Assembly (NCBI GenBank): GCA_965246885.1
Contig: OZ251992.1
Span: forward strand, 2,656,001 to 2,720,000
Source of the DNA: Abditibacterium sp.
GTDB lineage: Bacteria; Armatimonadota; Abditibacteriia; Abditibacteriales; Abditibacteriaceae
Reading direction: 5' to 3'
DNA: 64,000 bases
Shown: positions 45,806-55,382 of the stretch, in pieces
How the letters are laid out: the number at the start of each line of letters is the position of its first letter
Numbering within the stretch: position 1 is the first letter of the stretch
Position numbers and translations under genes: made by a program
Notes under the pieces: generated by a model
The model's database searches: none
The model's input: the letters and a program-made list of their open reading frames with translations, nothing else
What the model was told of the DNA's origin: nothing

Positions 45806-47146
45806 TTACACCGGGAGTTGGAACCAGAAGATGCTCCCGCGCCCGACTTCGGAGTGGACGCCAATTGAGCCGCCGTGCGCTTCGACGGCTAATTTGCAAA
45901 AGGTAAGTCCCAAGCCCGTCGAGTGCTTGACGCCGTTCTGCCGGGTTTGGACTTGGCCGAACTTGTCGAAGATGCGCCCCAAATCTTCGGCGGGGATGCC
46001 CTCGCCGTTGTCCTGCACCTCGAAGCGCACACCGGCCTCCACAGCGCGGGCACGGATGAGAACCCTCCCATCGGGCGGCGTGAATTTCAGAGCATTGCCG
46101 ATGAGGTTAATCAGGACGCGCTCAATGAGGTCGTGGTCGGCAAAGAGTTCCAAATCGGGCGCGACGACGACATGAATGGGCGCGGTTGAGTCATCGTCCT
46201 CGTGCTTGGCTTGCGCGCAGGCGGCTTGGAGTAGCGCGGGGACGGGAAAGCGCGAGCGGTGCAACTTCATCTCGCCCGCTTCGAGCTTGGAAATGTCGAG
46301 CAGGCCGTTCACCATCTTCAGAAGGCGCGCGCCGGACTGCGCGGAGATTTCCACGACCTCCTTTTGCGTTTCATCGAGCGGGCCGAGCGTTTCCGCGCTC
46401 AGCATTTGAAGCGGCCCAATCAGCGTGGTGAGCGGCGTTCGCAGGTCGTGGACGAGCATTTGCGACAGGGAATCGCGCAAATCTTCCGCGCGTTTGAGGT
46501 CGCGCACCGTGTTCTCCAATTGGCGATTCTGCCGCGAGGCTTGCAGCAGCATCGCCGAAATCAGCAGCACGAACACGACGTTGGTACCCGTCGCGATCCA
46601 GAAGGTGCGAAAAGCGTCTTGCGCCGAGTCGCTCGATTCCCCGGTGCGTTGCGCCAACAGTTCATCCTCGCGCTCGTGCATTCTGGTGGCGAGGGCGCGG
46701 ATGGCGTCCATCTCTTTTTTATCCCGCCCAGTGAAATGCGCGGCAGCGCTCGCGCCATTGATACGGCGCAGGCGGATGGCACTGTGCGTGGACGCGCTCA
46801 AAGTCCCGACAGCCCCGCGCAGAAGCGGCAAGTTTTGTTCTTGCTGCGGGTCGACGGTGGTGCTTTCAAGCGCCGTCAGCGCCGCGTCGATCTTGGAATC
46901 CGCTTCCCGGAGCGGCGCCACGTAACTCTCGTCGCCTGTGAGCAAAAAGCCGCGTTGCTCGGTTTCGATGTCTTTGGCGAGCGAGACGATCTCTTCGATT
47001 TGCGCTTCGGTCTCGAAGGTTTGCGCCACCAAGTGCTGGTTGCGAATCAAACGCGTGATGTTCCAATAGGCGACAAAGGCGTTGGTTGCAAGTGTCAGCA
47101 AGACCAACACGCCAATAAGCAAATGGCTGCGACGAAGCGAGAACAT
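45806..47146 (-). CDS. CHASE3 sensor histidine kinase
   Basis: DIETEQRGFLLTGDESY (CHASE3); HDLRTPL, NLIGNALKFT, DNGEGI, STGLGL. Confidence 0.93.
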   Translation of the reverse strand: MFSLRRSHLLIGVLVLLTLATNAFVAYWNITRLIRNQHLVAQTFETEAQIEEIVSLAKDIETEQRGFLLTGDESYVAPLREADSKIDAALTALESTTVDPQQEQNLPLLRGAVGTLSASTHSAIRLRRINGASAAAHFTGRDKKEMDAIRALATRMHEREDELLAQRTGESSDSAQDAFRTFWIATGTNVVFVLLISAMLLQASRQNRQLENTVRDLKRAEDLRDSLSQMLVHDLRTPLTTLIGPLQMLSAETLGPLDETQKEVVEISAQSGARLLKMVNGLLDISKLEAGEMKLHRSRFPVPALLQAACAQAKHEDDDSTAPIHVVVAPDLELFADHDLIERVLINLIGNALKFTPPDGRVLIRARAVEAGVRFEVQDNGEGIPAEDLGRIFDKFGQVQTRQNGVKHSTGLGLTFCKLAVEAHGGSIGVHSEVGRGSIFWFQLPV

Positions 47147-47191
47147 CGTGGGAGACACAAAGGATAAAGCAATCCGAGGCGCGGCGCTCCC

Positions 47192-47812
47192 TCAAACCCT
47201 CTTGGCGTTGCCCACCGGACTGCTGCCCGTAACATCCAGCACACGGTCGCACATCACCAAGTCACGCGCGTCGTTGGTCGCCAACAGCGTCACCCCGCGC
47301 GGGCGATGCTCCCTGACCAACTGCTCCACTAAACTGCGCCCCGCGTCATCGAGGTTGGCGGTCGGTTCGTCCAATAGCAAAATAGGATGGCCATTTTCGG
47401 CGAAATATGCCGCGACGCATAGCCCCAACCGCGCGCGCAAGCCCGACGACAAATCGCCCGCCAAATCGCCCGCGCGCGTTCCTAAATCGAAGCGTGCCAA
47501 GTGCGCGCGTAGCGTTTCGGGGTCGGCCTCCCCCGCAAAAAAGGCGAGGTTCTCCAAACATGACAGTTCCCGGTAAAGCGGCGCGTCGGGCGCGCACAAA
47601 GCGCACTGGCCGCGCGTCGTTGCGCCATTCCACGCGATACTTCCGCGCGAGGGAACGATCAAACCGGCGACAATGCGAAGCAAAGTGGACTTACCCGCGC
47701 CGTTACGCCCGACGATGCCCAATACTTCGCCCACCGCAACGTCAAACGAGGCATCGCGTAGCACCACGCGCACTCCAAAACGGTGGCCAATGTTTTGGGC
47801 GCGCAAAGTCAT
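47192..47812 (-). CDS. ABC transporter ATP-binding protein (CcmA-like)
   Basis: GRNGAGKST, LYRELSCLENL.FF, LSSG...R, LLLDEP..NLD. Confidence 0.85.
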   Translation of the reverse strand: MTLRAQNIGHRFGVRVVLRDASFDVAVGEVLGIVGRNGAGKSTLLRIVAGLIVPSRGSIAWNGATTRGQCALCAPDAPLYRELSCLENLAFFAGEADPETLRAHLARFDLGTRAGDLAGDLSSGLRARLGLCVAAYFAENGHPILLLDEPTANLDDAGRSLVEQLVREHRPRGVTLLATNDARDLVMCDRVLDVTGSSPVGNAKRV

Positions 47813-47891
47813 GGGACAAAAGGATAGACGCCGCGCGCCCATGCGTTTAAGCTGTATCGGCCAATTGGCCAAAGGAACACCGAAAAACTCT

Positions 47892-48293
47892 ATGGAACAA
47901 ACGCTCATTGTCCTCAAACCCGACGCCGTTTCGCGCGGCTTGTGCGGCGACATCCTCGCCCGCTTTGAAAAGCGCGGCTTTGCCATCGCGCAGATGAAAC
48001 TGCTCACCGTCACCCGCGAACTCGCCGAAGAACATTACGCCGAGCACAAGGAAAAGCCGTTCTTTCCCGGCTTGGTGGACTTCATCACCAGTTCGCCCAG
48101 CCTCGCAATGGTGCTCGAAGGCCAAAACGCCATCACGCTTTCGCGCGCGATGATTGGCGCCACCAACCCGCTCGACGCCAACCCCGCCACCATTCGCGGC
48201 ACCTACACAAGCGATAAGCAACTCAACCTCGTGCACGGCTCCGATTCCCCCGAAGCGGCAGCGCGCGAAATAAAACTCTGGTTCGGAGCCTAA
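47892..48293 (+). CDS. ndk: Nucleoside diphosphate kinase
   Basis: TLIVLKPDAV.RGL, HYAEH, IGATNP, TIRG, NLVHGSDS. Confidence 0.97.
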   Translation: MEQTLIVLKPDAVSRGLCGDILARFEKRGFAIAQMKLLTVTRELAEEHYAEHKEKPFFPGLVDFITSSPSLAMVLEGQNAITLSRAMIGATNPLDANPATIRGTYTSDKQLNLVHGSDSPEAAAREIKLWFGA

Positions 48294-48308
48294 ACCCCAA
48301 GGCCCAGA

Positions 48309-48932
48309 TTAGACTAACGGCAAGTCATCGTCGCCCGGAATGGCGCACAGGCGGGCGACGATGTCGGCGTCCCACCAGCCGCGCCGCGCTTCGTCTTCGA
48401 GGATTTCCATCGCTTCCTCGTGCGAGAACGCCTCGCGGTAGGCGCGCTCGCAACGCAAGGTGTCATAGACGTCGGTGACGCTCAAAATCCGCACGGCGAG
48501 CGACAGTTGCGCGCCGGACAGAGCGTCGGGGTAGCCGCTCCCATCTAATTTTTCGTGATGGGAGCGGATGAGCGGCAACGCGGGCGCAAGTTCGGCAATA
48601 GGGGCGCAAATCGCCTCGCCCAACTGGGGGTGCAAGCGCATTTCGGCGAACTCTTCGGGCGAAAGCCCCGTCGGTTTGAGCAAGATGGCGTCGGGCACGC
48701 CGATATTACCGATGTCATGGAGCAAAGCGCCCAGCGCGAGAGTGTGGCGTTGTTCGGGCGAAAGTCCAAGCGTAGCAGCGATGGCGTCAGCGAAGTCAGC
48801 GACGCGCTCACAATGCGAGCGGAGCGTCGCATCGCGCGCGTCCATGCATAACAGTAGCGACTCGACCGTGCCCGCGAGCAGGTTGGTCGAAGAAAGGAGG
48901 AGCGGCGAAGACGCCGTGAATAGTGCGCTCAT
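48309..48932 (-). CDS. Stand-alone HD-GYP domain protein (putative cyclic-dinucleotide phosphodiesterase)
   Basis: HCERV, LLHDIG.IGVPD.IL.KP, HP..G, HHEKLDGSGYP, DVYD. Confidence 0.88.
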   Translation of the reverse strand: MSALFTASSPLLLSSTNLLAGTVESLLLCMDARDATLRSHCERVADFADAIAATLGLSPEQRHTLALGALLHDIGNIGVPDAILLKPTGLSPEEFAEMRLHPQLGEAICAPIAELAPALPLIRSHHEKLDGSGYPDALSGAQLSLAVRILSVTDVYDTLRCERAYREAFSHEEAMEILEDEARRGWWDADIVARLCAIPGDDDLPLV

Positions 48933-49038
48933 AAAAAGCGGCGCGTCGCCCCGGCCAACGTCGCCGCTTCCCGCTCCAGACAACTTTCTCGCCAATTGAA
49001 CGCGCTCAACGCCCGCTCCGCCGCCGCCGGCGGACGAA

Positions 49039-49185
49039 TCGCCGCCGTCTGCCACCCAATAATAGACGTCTGTCATTGAATCCCAGACGTGTGCCGTTCA
49101 CTGACAGAGGTCTGTCATTGAGTCCCGCACGTCCGCCGTTCAGTCCCAGACGTCTGCCGTTCAGTGGCAAAGGTCTGCCACTGCG
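49039..49185. repeat. 21-bp-period palindromic array (7 units)
   Basis: tcgccgccgtctgccacccaa / taatagacgtctgtcattgaa / tcccagacgtgtgccgttcac / tgacagaggtctgtcattgag / tcccgcacgtccgccgttcag / tcccagacgtctgccgttcag / tggcaaaggtctgccactgcg. Confidence 0.92.
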
Positions 49186-49202
49186 TCGCCGCCGCCCCGC
49201 GT

Positions 49203-50501
49203 TTAGGAGCGGAGGACGCCGCGAAAGTCGGCGGCGGAGATTTTGTAGTTCGGGAAGACGCTGGAGAGGTCAGCCACGCCCAATTGCTTGTGCGCCACCT
49301 CGCCAAAAACGCGGCGGAAGTCGGTCGTCACAGCCAAGTCCCGCCCCTCGTTGAGTTGGTCGGGGGCAAGTCCCGGCCAGTCGCCCAGCACTTTCCCACC
49401 CGCCACGTTGCCACCCATCGCAAGGAAGACGGTGCCATGCCCGTGATCCGTCCCACCGTCGCCGTTTTGGCGCGCGGTGCGGCCAAATTCGCTCATGGTC
49501 AGAACGGTTACGTCCCCCATGCGGTCGCCCAAGTCGGCGTAGAACGCGGCCAAGGCCGCTCCGAGATCGCCCAACTTGCGCCCCAATTGTCCGCCCGCGC
49601 CGCCTTGCGCGACATGGGTGTCCCAGCCGCCCGCTTCGGCGAAAGCGACTTCTAAGCCGAGGTCGGCCTTGATGAGTTGGGCGATTTGGCTCAGCGACTG
49701 GCCAAGCGGCGAGCGCCCGTAGTTGGCGCCGCCAGCCGGTTTGTAGTGCGCGGGGTCGAGGCCGTTCAGCGTTTTGACCGCATCGAAAGTTTCGGCCCCG
49801 GCGCCGTGCAACACGTCGCCAACGGCCCCGGCATAGAGCGCCTCGAAGCCGCCCGACGTATCGCCGCCAATGTTCATGGCGCGCCCGTCGCGCCCGATGC
49901 CAAAGGTTTGCAAATTGGGGATGGCGAGGGCGTCTTTGTCGCCGTCGAGCGAGCGCGGGACTTGGGCGGTGAGAGAAACCGTCGAGATTTTGCCGTTGCG
50001 CGCATCTTCCGGGCAAGCGGCCAAGGCGCGCGTCAGCCAGCCGGTCGAAACGCCCTTGTTGCCGGGCGCGGCGCTTTCCATGTAGTCCTGCGCGTCGAAG
50101 TGCGAGCGCGTCGGGTTGGGCGAGCCGACGGCGTGGATGGCGCCCAAATGCCCCGCCTTGTAGATGGGCGCAAGCATCGAAAGCGCCGGATTGAAGCCGA
50201 AATGTCCGTCCAAGTCCACGACGCCGCCCTCGCCGGTGCGGGCGAGGGCAATGCCCGCGCCGCCGACCGAACGCAAGTTGTAGTAGTTCGCGTCGCCGTG
50301 CGGGACGACGACGCTTAGGCCGTCCACCGCGCCGCGCAGGAAGATGCAGACGAGGGTTTTGCGCCCCGCGCCCGCCCCGCCGCGCGCGTCGTCGGCCCAC
50401 ACCGCGCGCCGCAAGAACTGCGGCCCCAGCGCCGGGAGGATGCCGACGGACGCGAGCGCCATTGCCCCGCTTTTGAGAAAAATTCGACGTGTTGTTTTCA
50501 T
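49203..50501 (-). CDS. DUF1501 family protein with Tat signal
   Basis: TRRIFLK; LVCIFLRGAVDGL, RSHFDAQ, GGWDTH, MSEFGRT..QNG..GTDHG, TTDFR. Confidence 0.92.
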   Translation of the reverse strand: MKTTRRIFLKSGAMALASVGILPALGPQFLRRAVWADDARGGAGAGRKTLVCIFLRGAVDGLSVVVPHGDANYYNLRSVGGAGIALARTGEGGVVDLDGHFGFNPALSMLAPIYKAGHLGAIHAVGSPNPTRSHFDAQDYMESAAPGNKGVSTGWLTRALAACPEDARNGKISTVSLTAQVPRSLDGDKDALAIPNLQTFGIGRDGRAMNIGGDTSGGFEALYAGAVGDVLHGAGAETFDAVKTLNGLDPAHYKPAGGANYGRSPLGQSLSQIAQLIKADLGLEVAFAEAGGWDTHVAQGGAGGQLGRKLGDLGAALAAFYADLGDRMGDVTVLTMSEFGRTARQNGDGGTDHGHGTVFLAMGGNVAGGKVLGDWPGLAPDQLNEGRDLAVTTDFRRVFGEVAHKQLGVADLSSVFPNYKISAADFRGVLRS

Positions 50502-50528
50502 GGTTGATTCCTCGACTGATTCGATCTC

Positions 50529-52214
50529 TTAGCGGCGCTGGAATTCGGGCGAACCCAGAACCAGCGCGCGTTCTTTGGCGCCGTCGCCGGGGTTGGCGGC
50601 AATTTCGCGGGCGATAGTGGCGCGGGTGGCGTCGCTCAGTTGGCCACCGAGCAACTCCGCCGACAGTTCATCGAGCGGCGCGGCGCGGTAGGTGTCCTTG
50701 CTGAGGCGCACATCTCCCACACCCCCGTTGGTGAGCGCGAGGGCGAAGTTCAAGCGGCCCACGATGGCGCCCGCCGACACCCACCCCGATGAGTCTTCGC
50801 TCCAACCGGTCGGCGGCAGGCAGGCAAAGACGGGCTGGCCAAGAGTAGCGATGTGAGCCGCGAGCGGGGCGCGCGCCCCGCCCCGTCCCCCGCCGTTGGC
50901 CTGCGTGCCGGACAGGGCGCCGATGAGCCGTAGGCGCGGCGAATCTTCGTCGGGCACGCTCAGTTGCCCGCCAAGCGCGCGCACTGCCGACACGGTGTAT
51001 TCAAAGGGCGACTTGATTTTGGCGCGATAAGCGCCTTGCGACAGAAATTCGGGAGACAAAAACAGCGCGCGGTAGACGGTGGGCAAGTCGCCCCGACTTT
51101 GCATCCATACCCCGGCCACCTTGTCCACAAGCGCGACGGGCGGCTGGTCGGCAACAAAGCGTTGGCACAGCTTTTGGGAAAGGAAGTGCGCGGTTTGAGG
51201 GGAGGCAGCGAGCATGTCGAGCACGTCTTCGCCGTCTTGTTCGCCGCCCGCGCGGAGAGTGCGGCCTAAGACGTGCTTTTCGCCGTCGTCGTGGAAGCGC
51301 GGGTGGAACTCGAAGGTCGCGCCGTCGCGGTCGACGCCCCAGCCGGTGAAGCAACGCGCGACTTCCGTCACGTCGGTTTGGGTGTAGCCGCCGTCCACGC
51401 CGACGGTGTGGAGTTCCATCAGTTCGCGCGCGTAGTTCTCGTTCAGTCCGCCCCGCGTTTGGCCCTGTTTGTTCTTGGTTTCTTTGGTGGAGCGCGCGTT
51501 GTCGAGGTAGACCAGCATCGCGGGCGAGTGGGCCGAGGCGCCCAGTAGTTCGCGGAAGGAGCCGAAGAGGTGCGGGCGGATGACCTCGCGGTCGTCGAGC
51601 ACCTTGAGGGTGCGGTCAACGTTTTTGCGCATGTCAACGTTGAAGTGGTTCGACCAAAAGTCGGCGAGCACTTCCTGCAACTGGCGCTTCGATTCGACAG
51701 CGCGCACGAGCTTGGCTTGCACTAACTCGCCCGCCGTTTGGACGGACACGCCGGGTTGAAAGCCTGCCGCTTGGAACTCTTGGGCGGCTTGCATTTGGCG
51801 GGCGTTGAGGGGCCGGTCGGCGCGCGGCACCTTGGCGTTGGCATCGGCGCCAGCCATTTGCTTTTGCAGGAAGCGGCGGATGGCGCCATTGTCGCCGCGA
51901 TACATGAGGGAGAGCTTGTTGGGTGACGACTGAATGAGCGTCATGCCCGCAAGGGTGGCATCAACGGCGGCATCGTCAATGGTGGCGGGGTGTAGTTGTG
52001 TTTCAATCCACGCGCGCACACCAGTCTTTTGCACGTCCTCGACTTGTCCGGGCGTCGGCCCGAACGCGAGGCGGTTCAAGACGTGCAACGCGGCGGGCGC
52101 CCCGACGAGCGGCTGGCGCCATGCGGCGTCGGTTTGCGGCGCGGCTTTGAGCGTGCAGGGCGCGGCGCACAGCGCGAGAAACAGGGACAAGCGACGGGCG
52201 GAAGTGGATGACAT
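50529..52214 (-). CDS. DUF1800 family protein
   Basis: HVLNRLAFG, QLQEVLADFWSNHF, SPAMLVYLDN, NENYARELMELHT.G, YTQ.DV..ARCFTGW, KIKSP.E, SPEFQRR. Confidence 0.93.
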   Translation of the reverse strand: MSSTSARRLSLFLALCAAPCTLKAAPQTDAAWRQPLVGAPAALHVLNRLAFGPTPGQVEDVQKTGVRAWIETQLHPATIDDAAVDATLAGMTLIQSSPNKLSLMYRGDNGAIRRFLQKQMAGADANAKVPRADRPLNARQMQAAQEFQAAGFQPGVSVQTAGELVQAKLVRAVESKRQLQEVLADFWSNHFNVDMRKNVDRTLKVLDDREVIRPHLFGSFRELLGASAHSPAMLVYLDNARSTKETKNKQGQTRGGLNENYARELMELHTVGVDGGYTQTDVTEVARCFTGWGVDRDGATFEFHPRFHDDGEKHVLGRTLRAGGEQDGEDVLDMLAASPQTAHFLSQKLCQRFVADQPPVALVDKVAGVWMQSRGDLPTVYRALFLSPEFLSQGAYRAKIKSPFEYTVSAVRALGGQLSVPDEDSPRLRLIGALSGTQANGGGRGGARAPLAAHIATLGQPVFACLPPTGWSEDSSGWVSAGAIVGRLNFALALTNGGVGDVRLSKDTYRAAPLDELSAELLGGQLSDATRATIAREIAANPGDGAKERALVLGSPEFQRR

Positions 52215-52248
52215 GAGGAGAACGGATTCGGCGCGGAAAGGCAAACCG

Positions 52249-52288
52249 GAAGTAGGGAGTGCAGGAGAAAGCCTGCACTCCCTACTTC
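52249..52288. terminator. Perfect 17-bp hairpin 3' of the 52293-52649 gene
   Basis: GAAGTAGGGAGTGCAGG-agaaag-CCTGCACTCCCTACTTC. Confidence 0.65.
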
Positions 52289-52292
52289 TCAC

Positions 52293-52649
52293 TTAGCCCG
52301 CAGGGGCGAGGGTTTTCACGCGTGGGGCTTTGAGTTGCGCGGCGCTTAGACCAGTGACGCGGGTGATTTCGTCTTGAAACTGCGCGTCGGCGGCTTTGAC
52401 GGCGGTGCGGTGGGTGTCGGCGGCGGCGTCGAGCTTGGCTTTTTGGTCGGCAGAAAGCGGCTTGCCGAGCGCGGCCTCGATCTTCTCTTGCATTCTGGTG
52501 GTTAGGCCGCTTCTGGATTTACGCCCGCGCTTGACCTTCTTGGTCGTGGGCGCGGCGGCGGGTTGCGGCTGAGCGAGGGCAAAGTGCGAGGCGCCCAACA
52601 GGGACAGGGACAATGCGACGGCGAGTTTGGGTTTCAAAGAGGTAAACAT
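52293..52649 (-). CDS. Small basic secreted helical protein
   Basis: Signal peptide ending ALA; KPLSADQKAKL helical repeat. Confidence 0.7.
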   Translation of the reverse strand: MFTSLKPKLAVALSLSLLGASHFALAQPQPAAAPTTKKVKRGRKSRSGLTTRMQEKIEAALGKPLSADQKAKLDAAADTHRTAVKAADAQFQDEITRVTGLSAAQLKAPRVKTLAPAG

Positions 52650-52763
52650 TGGCAAAGGTGCTTCCGCGATAGAGTGGAAGACGGGCGTTTTGACGGCCCT
52701 GCCCGCCCCCCAGTTGCGCCCTAAAACGCCCGCGCACTTGGGGATGTCCTCAAACTCAAGGGC

Positions 52764-53429
52764 ATGAAAGACGCCTTGGCCCACCTCGATGCCCTCGCGG
52801 GCGAGGCGCGGGGGAAAGTGCCCCAGCCCACCATCGAGCGCCTGTCGGCTTACCTCCAGTGCGTGCGCGAACTGCGCGCGCAAAGCCGCGACACCGCGTC
52901 CAGCGCAGCCATCGCGCGGCGCACCGGCATCAACGCCGCGCAACTGCGCAAAGACCTCAGCTACTTCGGCGAGTTCGGCACCCCCGGCTTGGGCTATGAC
53001 CTGCGCGCCTTGGAAGGGCAACTGGCGCGCATCATGGGACTCGACGAGGAGCGCGACGTGCTCCTGATGGGCGCCGGAAACTTGGGCCGCGCGCTGTCGA
53101 GCTACACCGGCTTTGGCAAGCGCGGCTTTCGCATCGTGGCGGCCTTCGATTTGGACACTTCCAAAGTGGGCACGCCCTTGGGCGACATCCCTGTCTACCA
53201 CGCGCAGGAGCTTTCCCGACGCAACGCGAAGCTGGGCGCGCAAGTGGGTCTCGTCGCCGTGCCATCGGGCGCGGCGCAAGAGGCAGTGGATGCCTTGGTC
53301 GCGGCGGGCGTGCGCGCCATACTCAACTTTGCGCCCACTAACATTGGTGTGCGCCCCGGCATCACGGTGCGCAACGTGGACTTGACGAGTCAGATGGAGA
53401 TTCTCTCCTTCTATCTGCGGCACGGCTGA
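52764..53429 (+). CDS. rex: Redox-sensing transcriptional repressor Rex
   Basis: P.PTIERLS.Y, QLRKDLSYFGEFG..G.GY, GAGNLG.AL, ILNFAP. Confidence 0.95.
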   Translation: MKDALAHLDALAGEARGKVPQPTIERLSAYLQCVRELRAQSRDTASSAAIARRTGINAAQLRKDLSYFGEFGTPGLGYDLRALEGQLARIMGLDEERDVLLMGAGNLGRALSSYTGFGKRGFRIVAAFDLDTSKVGTPLGDIPVYHAQELSRRNAKLGAQVGLVAVPSGAAQEAVDALVAAGVRAILNFAPTNIGVRPGITVRNVDLTSQMEILSFYLRHG

Positions 53430-53564
53430 GGCGACTTGTCACACTTGCGCGCCCGGACACGCCCCGAAGCGGCTAAAGCGATTAGCGTTTGAGTGTTTCG
53501 CGCGGGGAAGTGGGGCGTCGAGAGCATATTTCCAGACGGCGTGCGAGGACAGAATGACGGCGCA

Positions 53565-54812
53565 ATGATTGCGACACGGACTTTTCAGATGAGCTATTCC
53601 AACGGACATTCCCCTGCGCCCCCCACGCTTGCGCCCCCGGCAACTCAGCCGGATTTGGGCCGCGCGCTCGAAGAAGCGATGGAAATCTCGGCGCGGCGCG
53701 GCGCCCCGCTCTCGTCCGTTGTGGCGCAGGCGTCGGCGCAGTTCGACGGGCCGCCCGGTGGGAACCTCATCAAAACGCCCGTCCCGCACCCATCAGAACT
53801 TCCCGCGCACGTGTTGGAGGGCCTCCGGCAAGTGGACATCATGAAGTCGCTCGCGCCGCTTGCGCCCGCCATGAAAGATGTCGAGCGAGAGATAGAGCGC
53901 CTCATCACCACACCCGTGAAGTTGGTTGCCGACATAGCCGGACACGTGCTTGGGGCAGGCGGCAAGCGGCTCCGGCCCGCGCTGACGCTACTGAGTGCGC
54001 AGATGTGCGGCGACGACGCCGATGAACCCGCCGCCCGCGCCGTGACATGCGCCGCCTTGGTCGAACTGACGCATACCACGACGCTCCTGCATGACGACGT
54101 GGTGGACGGTGCGACCATGCGGCGCGGCAAGCCCGCCGCGAACCTCGTGTGGGGCAACGAAACGAGCGTTTTGGTCGGTGATTACCTCTTCGCGCAAGTC
54201 TTCGTGACGGCTTCCAAGCGCGGCATCGCCGAACTGATGCACCCCCTCGCGCACGCGACGGCCCAGATGTGCGCGGGTGAACTCTTAGAAACGCAGATGC
54301 GCGGCTTTTGGGAAATGAGCGAGCGCCAATACCTCGACATCGTGGCGCTCAAGACTGGTGCCCTCACCGAGTGCTCGTGTCGCATGGGCGCCCTTGCCGT
54401 TGACGCGAGCGAAGCGCAAGCCGAAGCCTTGGGCACCTTTGGCCGCTCGATTGGCGTGGCGTTCCAGATTGTGGACGACGTGTTTGACGTTGTGCTCGAA
54501 GAGGAGCAAGTCGGCAAGCCCGTCGGCAACGACCTGCGCGAAGGCGCCATCACACTCCCCATGCTCCGCACCCTCGAACTGTCGCCCTATAGCGAGGAGT
54601 TCCGCGCCATCTTGGGCAAAGAGGAAAAGACCGACGAGGACGTGGCGCGCGCCATCGAAATCATGCGCGACGGCGACGGCGCCCTTTCTTCCATGCAGAC
54701 CGCGCGCGGCTACGTTGAAGCCGCCAAGAGCGTGCTCGCCAACTTCCCGAACGGCCCTGCCAAAGAGATGCTCTGCGACATCGCCGATTACGTCCTCGCG
54801 CGCAAAAAGTAG
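53565..54812 (+). CDS. Polyprenyl diphosphate synthase with N-terminal extension (start uncertain)
   Basis: GGKRLRP, HDDVVD...RRG, VLVGDYL, KTG, AFQIVDDVFD, GKP.GNDL.EG..TLP. Confidence 0.92.
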   Translation: MIATRTFQMSYSNGHSPAPPTLAPPATQPDLGRALEEAMEISARRGAPLSSVVAQASAQFDGPPGGNLIKTPVPHPSELPAHVLEGLRQVDIMKSLAPLAPAMKDVEREIERLITTPVKLVADIAGHVLGAGGKRLRPALTLLSAQMCGDDADEPAARAVTCAALVELTHTTTLLHDDVVDGATMRRGKPAANLVWGNETSVLVGDYLFAQVFVTASKRGIAELMHPLAHATAQMCAGELLETQMRGFWEMSERQYLDIVALKTGALTECSCRMGALAVDASEAQAEALGTFGRSIGVAFQIVDDVFDVVLEEEQVGKPVGNDLREGAITLPMLRTLELSPYSEEFRAILGKEEKTDEDVARAIEIMRDGDGALSSMQTARGYVEAAKSVLANFPNGPAKEMLCDIADYVLARKK

Positions 54813-55228
54813 CGCCGGTTCCACCACGCCCCCGCCACCAGCGCGCCGACCCAATACGCGGCGACATCGCCCCAATCGCCCACGCTCGCGTGCCACGACT
54901 GCGGGATGAACCTCGGCCCCAGCCCCTCGAGCAAGACCGAGCAAAGCGCGGTGGTAATGATTACCTCCCGCCACGTCGGGGCACCCCGTGTTCCGCGCAA
55001 TCCCAGCCGCTCGCGCATCCACAAATACGGCGGGAGGGCGGCGGGCAGAAAGAGGGTGTCGTCGAAATGCTCGTAAAGAAACGGGAGGTGCGCCCCGAAG
55101 TGCCGGATGAGCAAGAAGCGGTTGACGACGTACAGCGCCCAACTCCCCACGCAAACCGGGTCGCGCCAGAACGAATAAACGCCGCGCGAAGGTTGGACTT
55201 CGCGCGGCGCCGGAAGGGTGTCGGGCAT
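54788..55228 (-). CDS. Hypothetical membrane protein, overlapping the convergent gene end
   Basis: LYVVNRF...HFDD.LFLP.ALP, E.LGP.F......GDW.DVAAY..GA; hydrophobic segments. Confidence 0.65.
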   Translation of the reverse strand: MPDTLPAPREVQPSRGVYSFWRDPVCVGSWALYVVNRFLLIRHFGAHLPFLYEHFDDTLFLPAALPPYLWMRERLGLRGTRGAPTWREVIITTALCSVLLEGLGPRFIPQSWHASVGDWGDVAAYWVGALVAGAWWNRRYFLRART

Positions 55229-55382
55229 CAGGAAAAGAAGTAAATCGCGCCGCCAAACGCCAAGGCAAGGGCAGCCTCCGCCAACCACTTCTTCGTTCCG
55301 GTGAGAGTAATTTTCATCAAAGGGGCAGACGAGCAAACCGCGTGTCAGGCGCGCCCGGATTGTGTGGGAGTGTTCTGAGGTT

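Noticed and set aside
48933..49076. N-terminal extension of the HD-GYP protein
   Set aside because: The upstream ATG lies inside the 21-bp array and the extension is low-complexity; a start at 48932 is more plausible.
49102..49117. parS site
   Set aside because: It is a 16-bp palindrome with TG...CA ends, but it does not match TGTTTCACGTGAAACA in the arms, and no parAB is nearby.
52650..52764. Rex operator upstream of rex
   Set aside because: No TTGTGAA-N4-TTCACAA-like palindrome seen.
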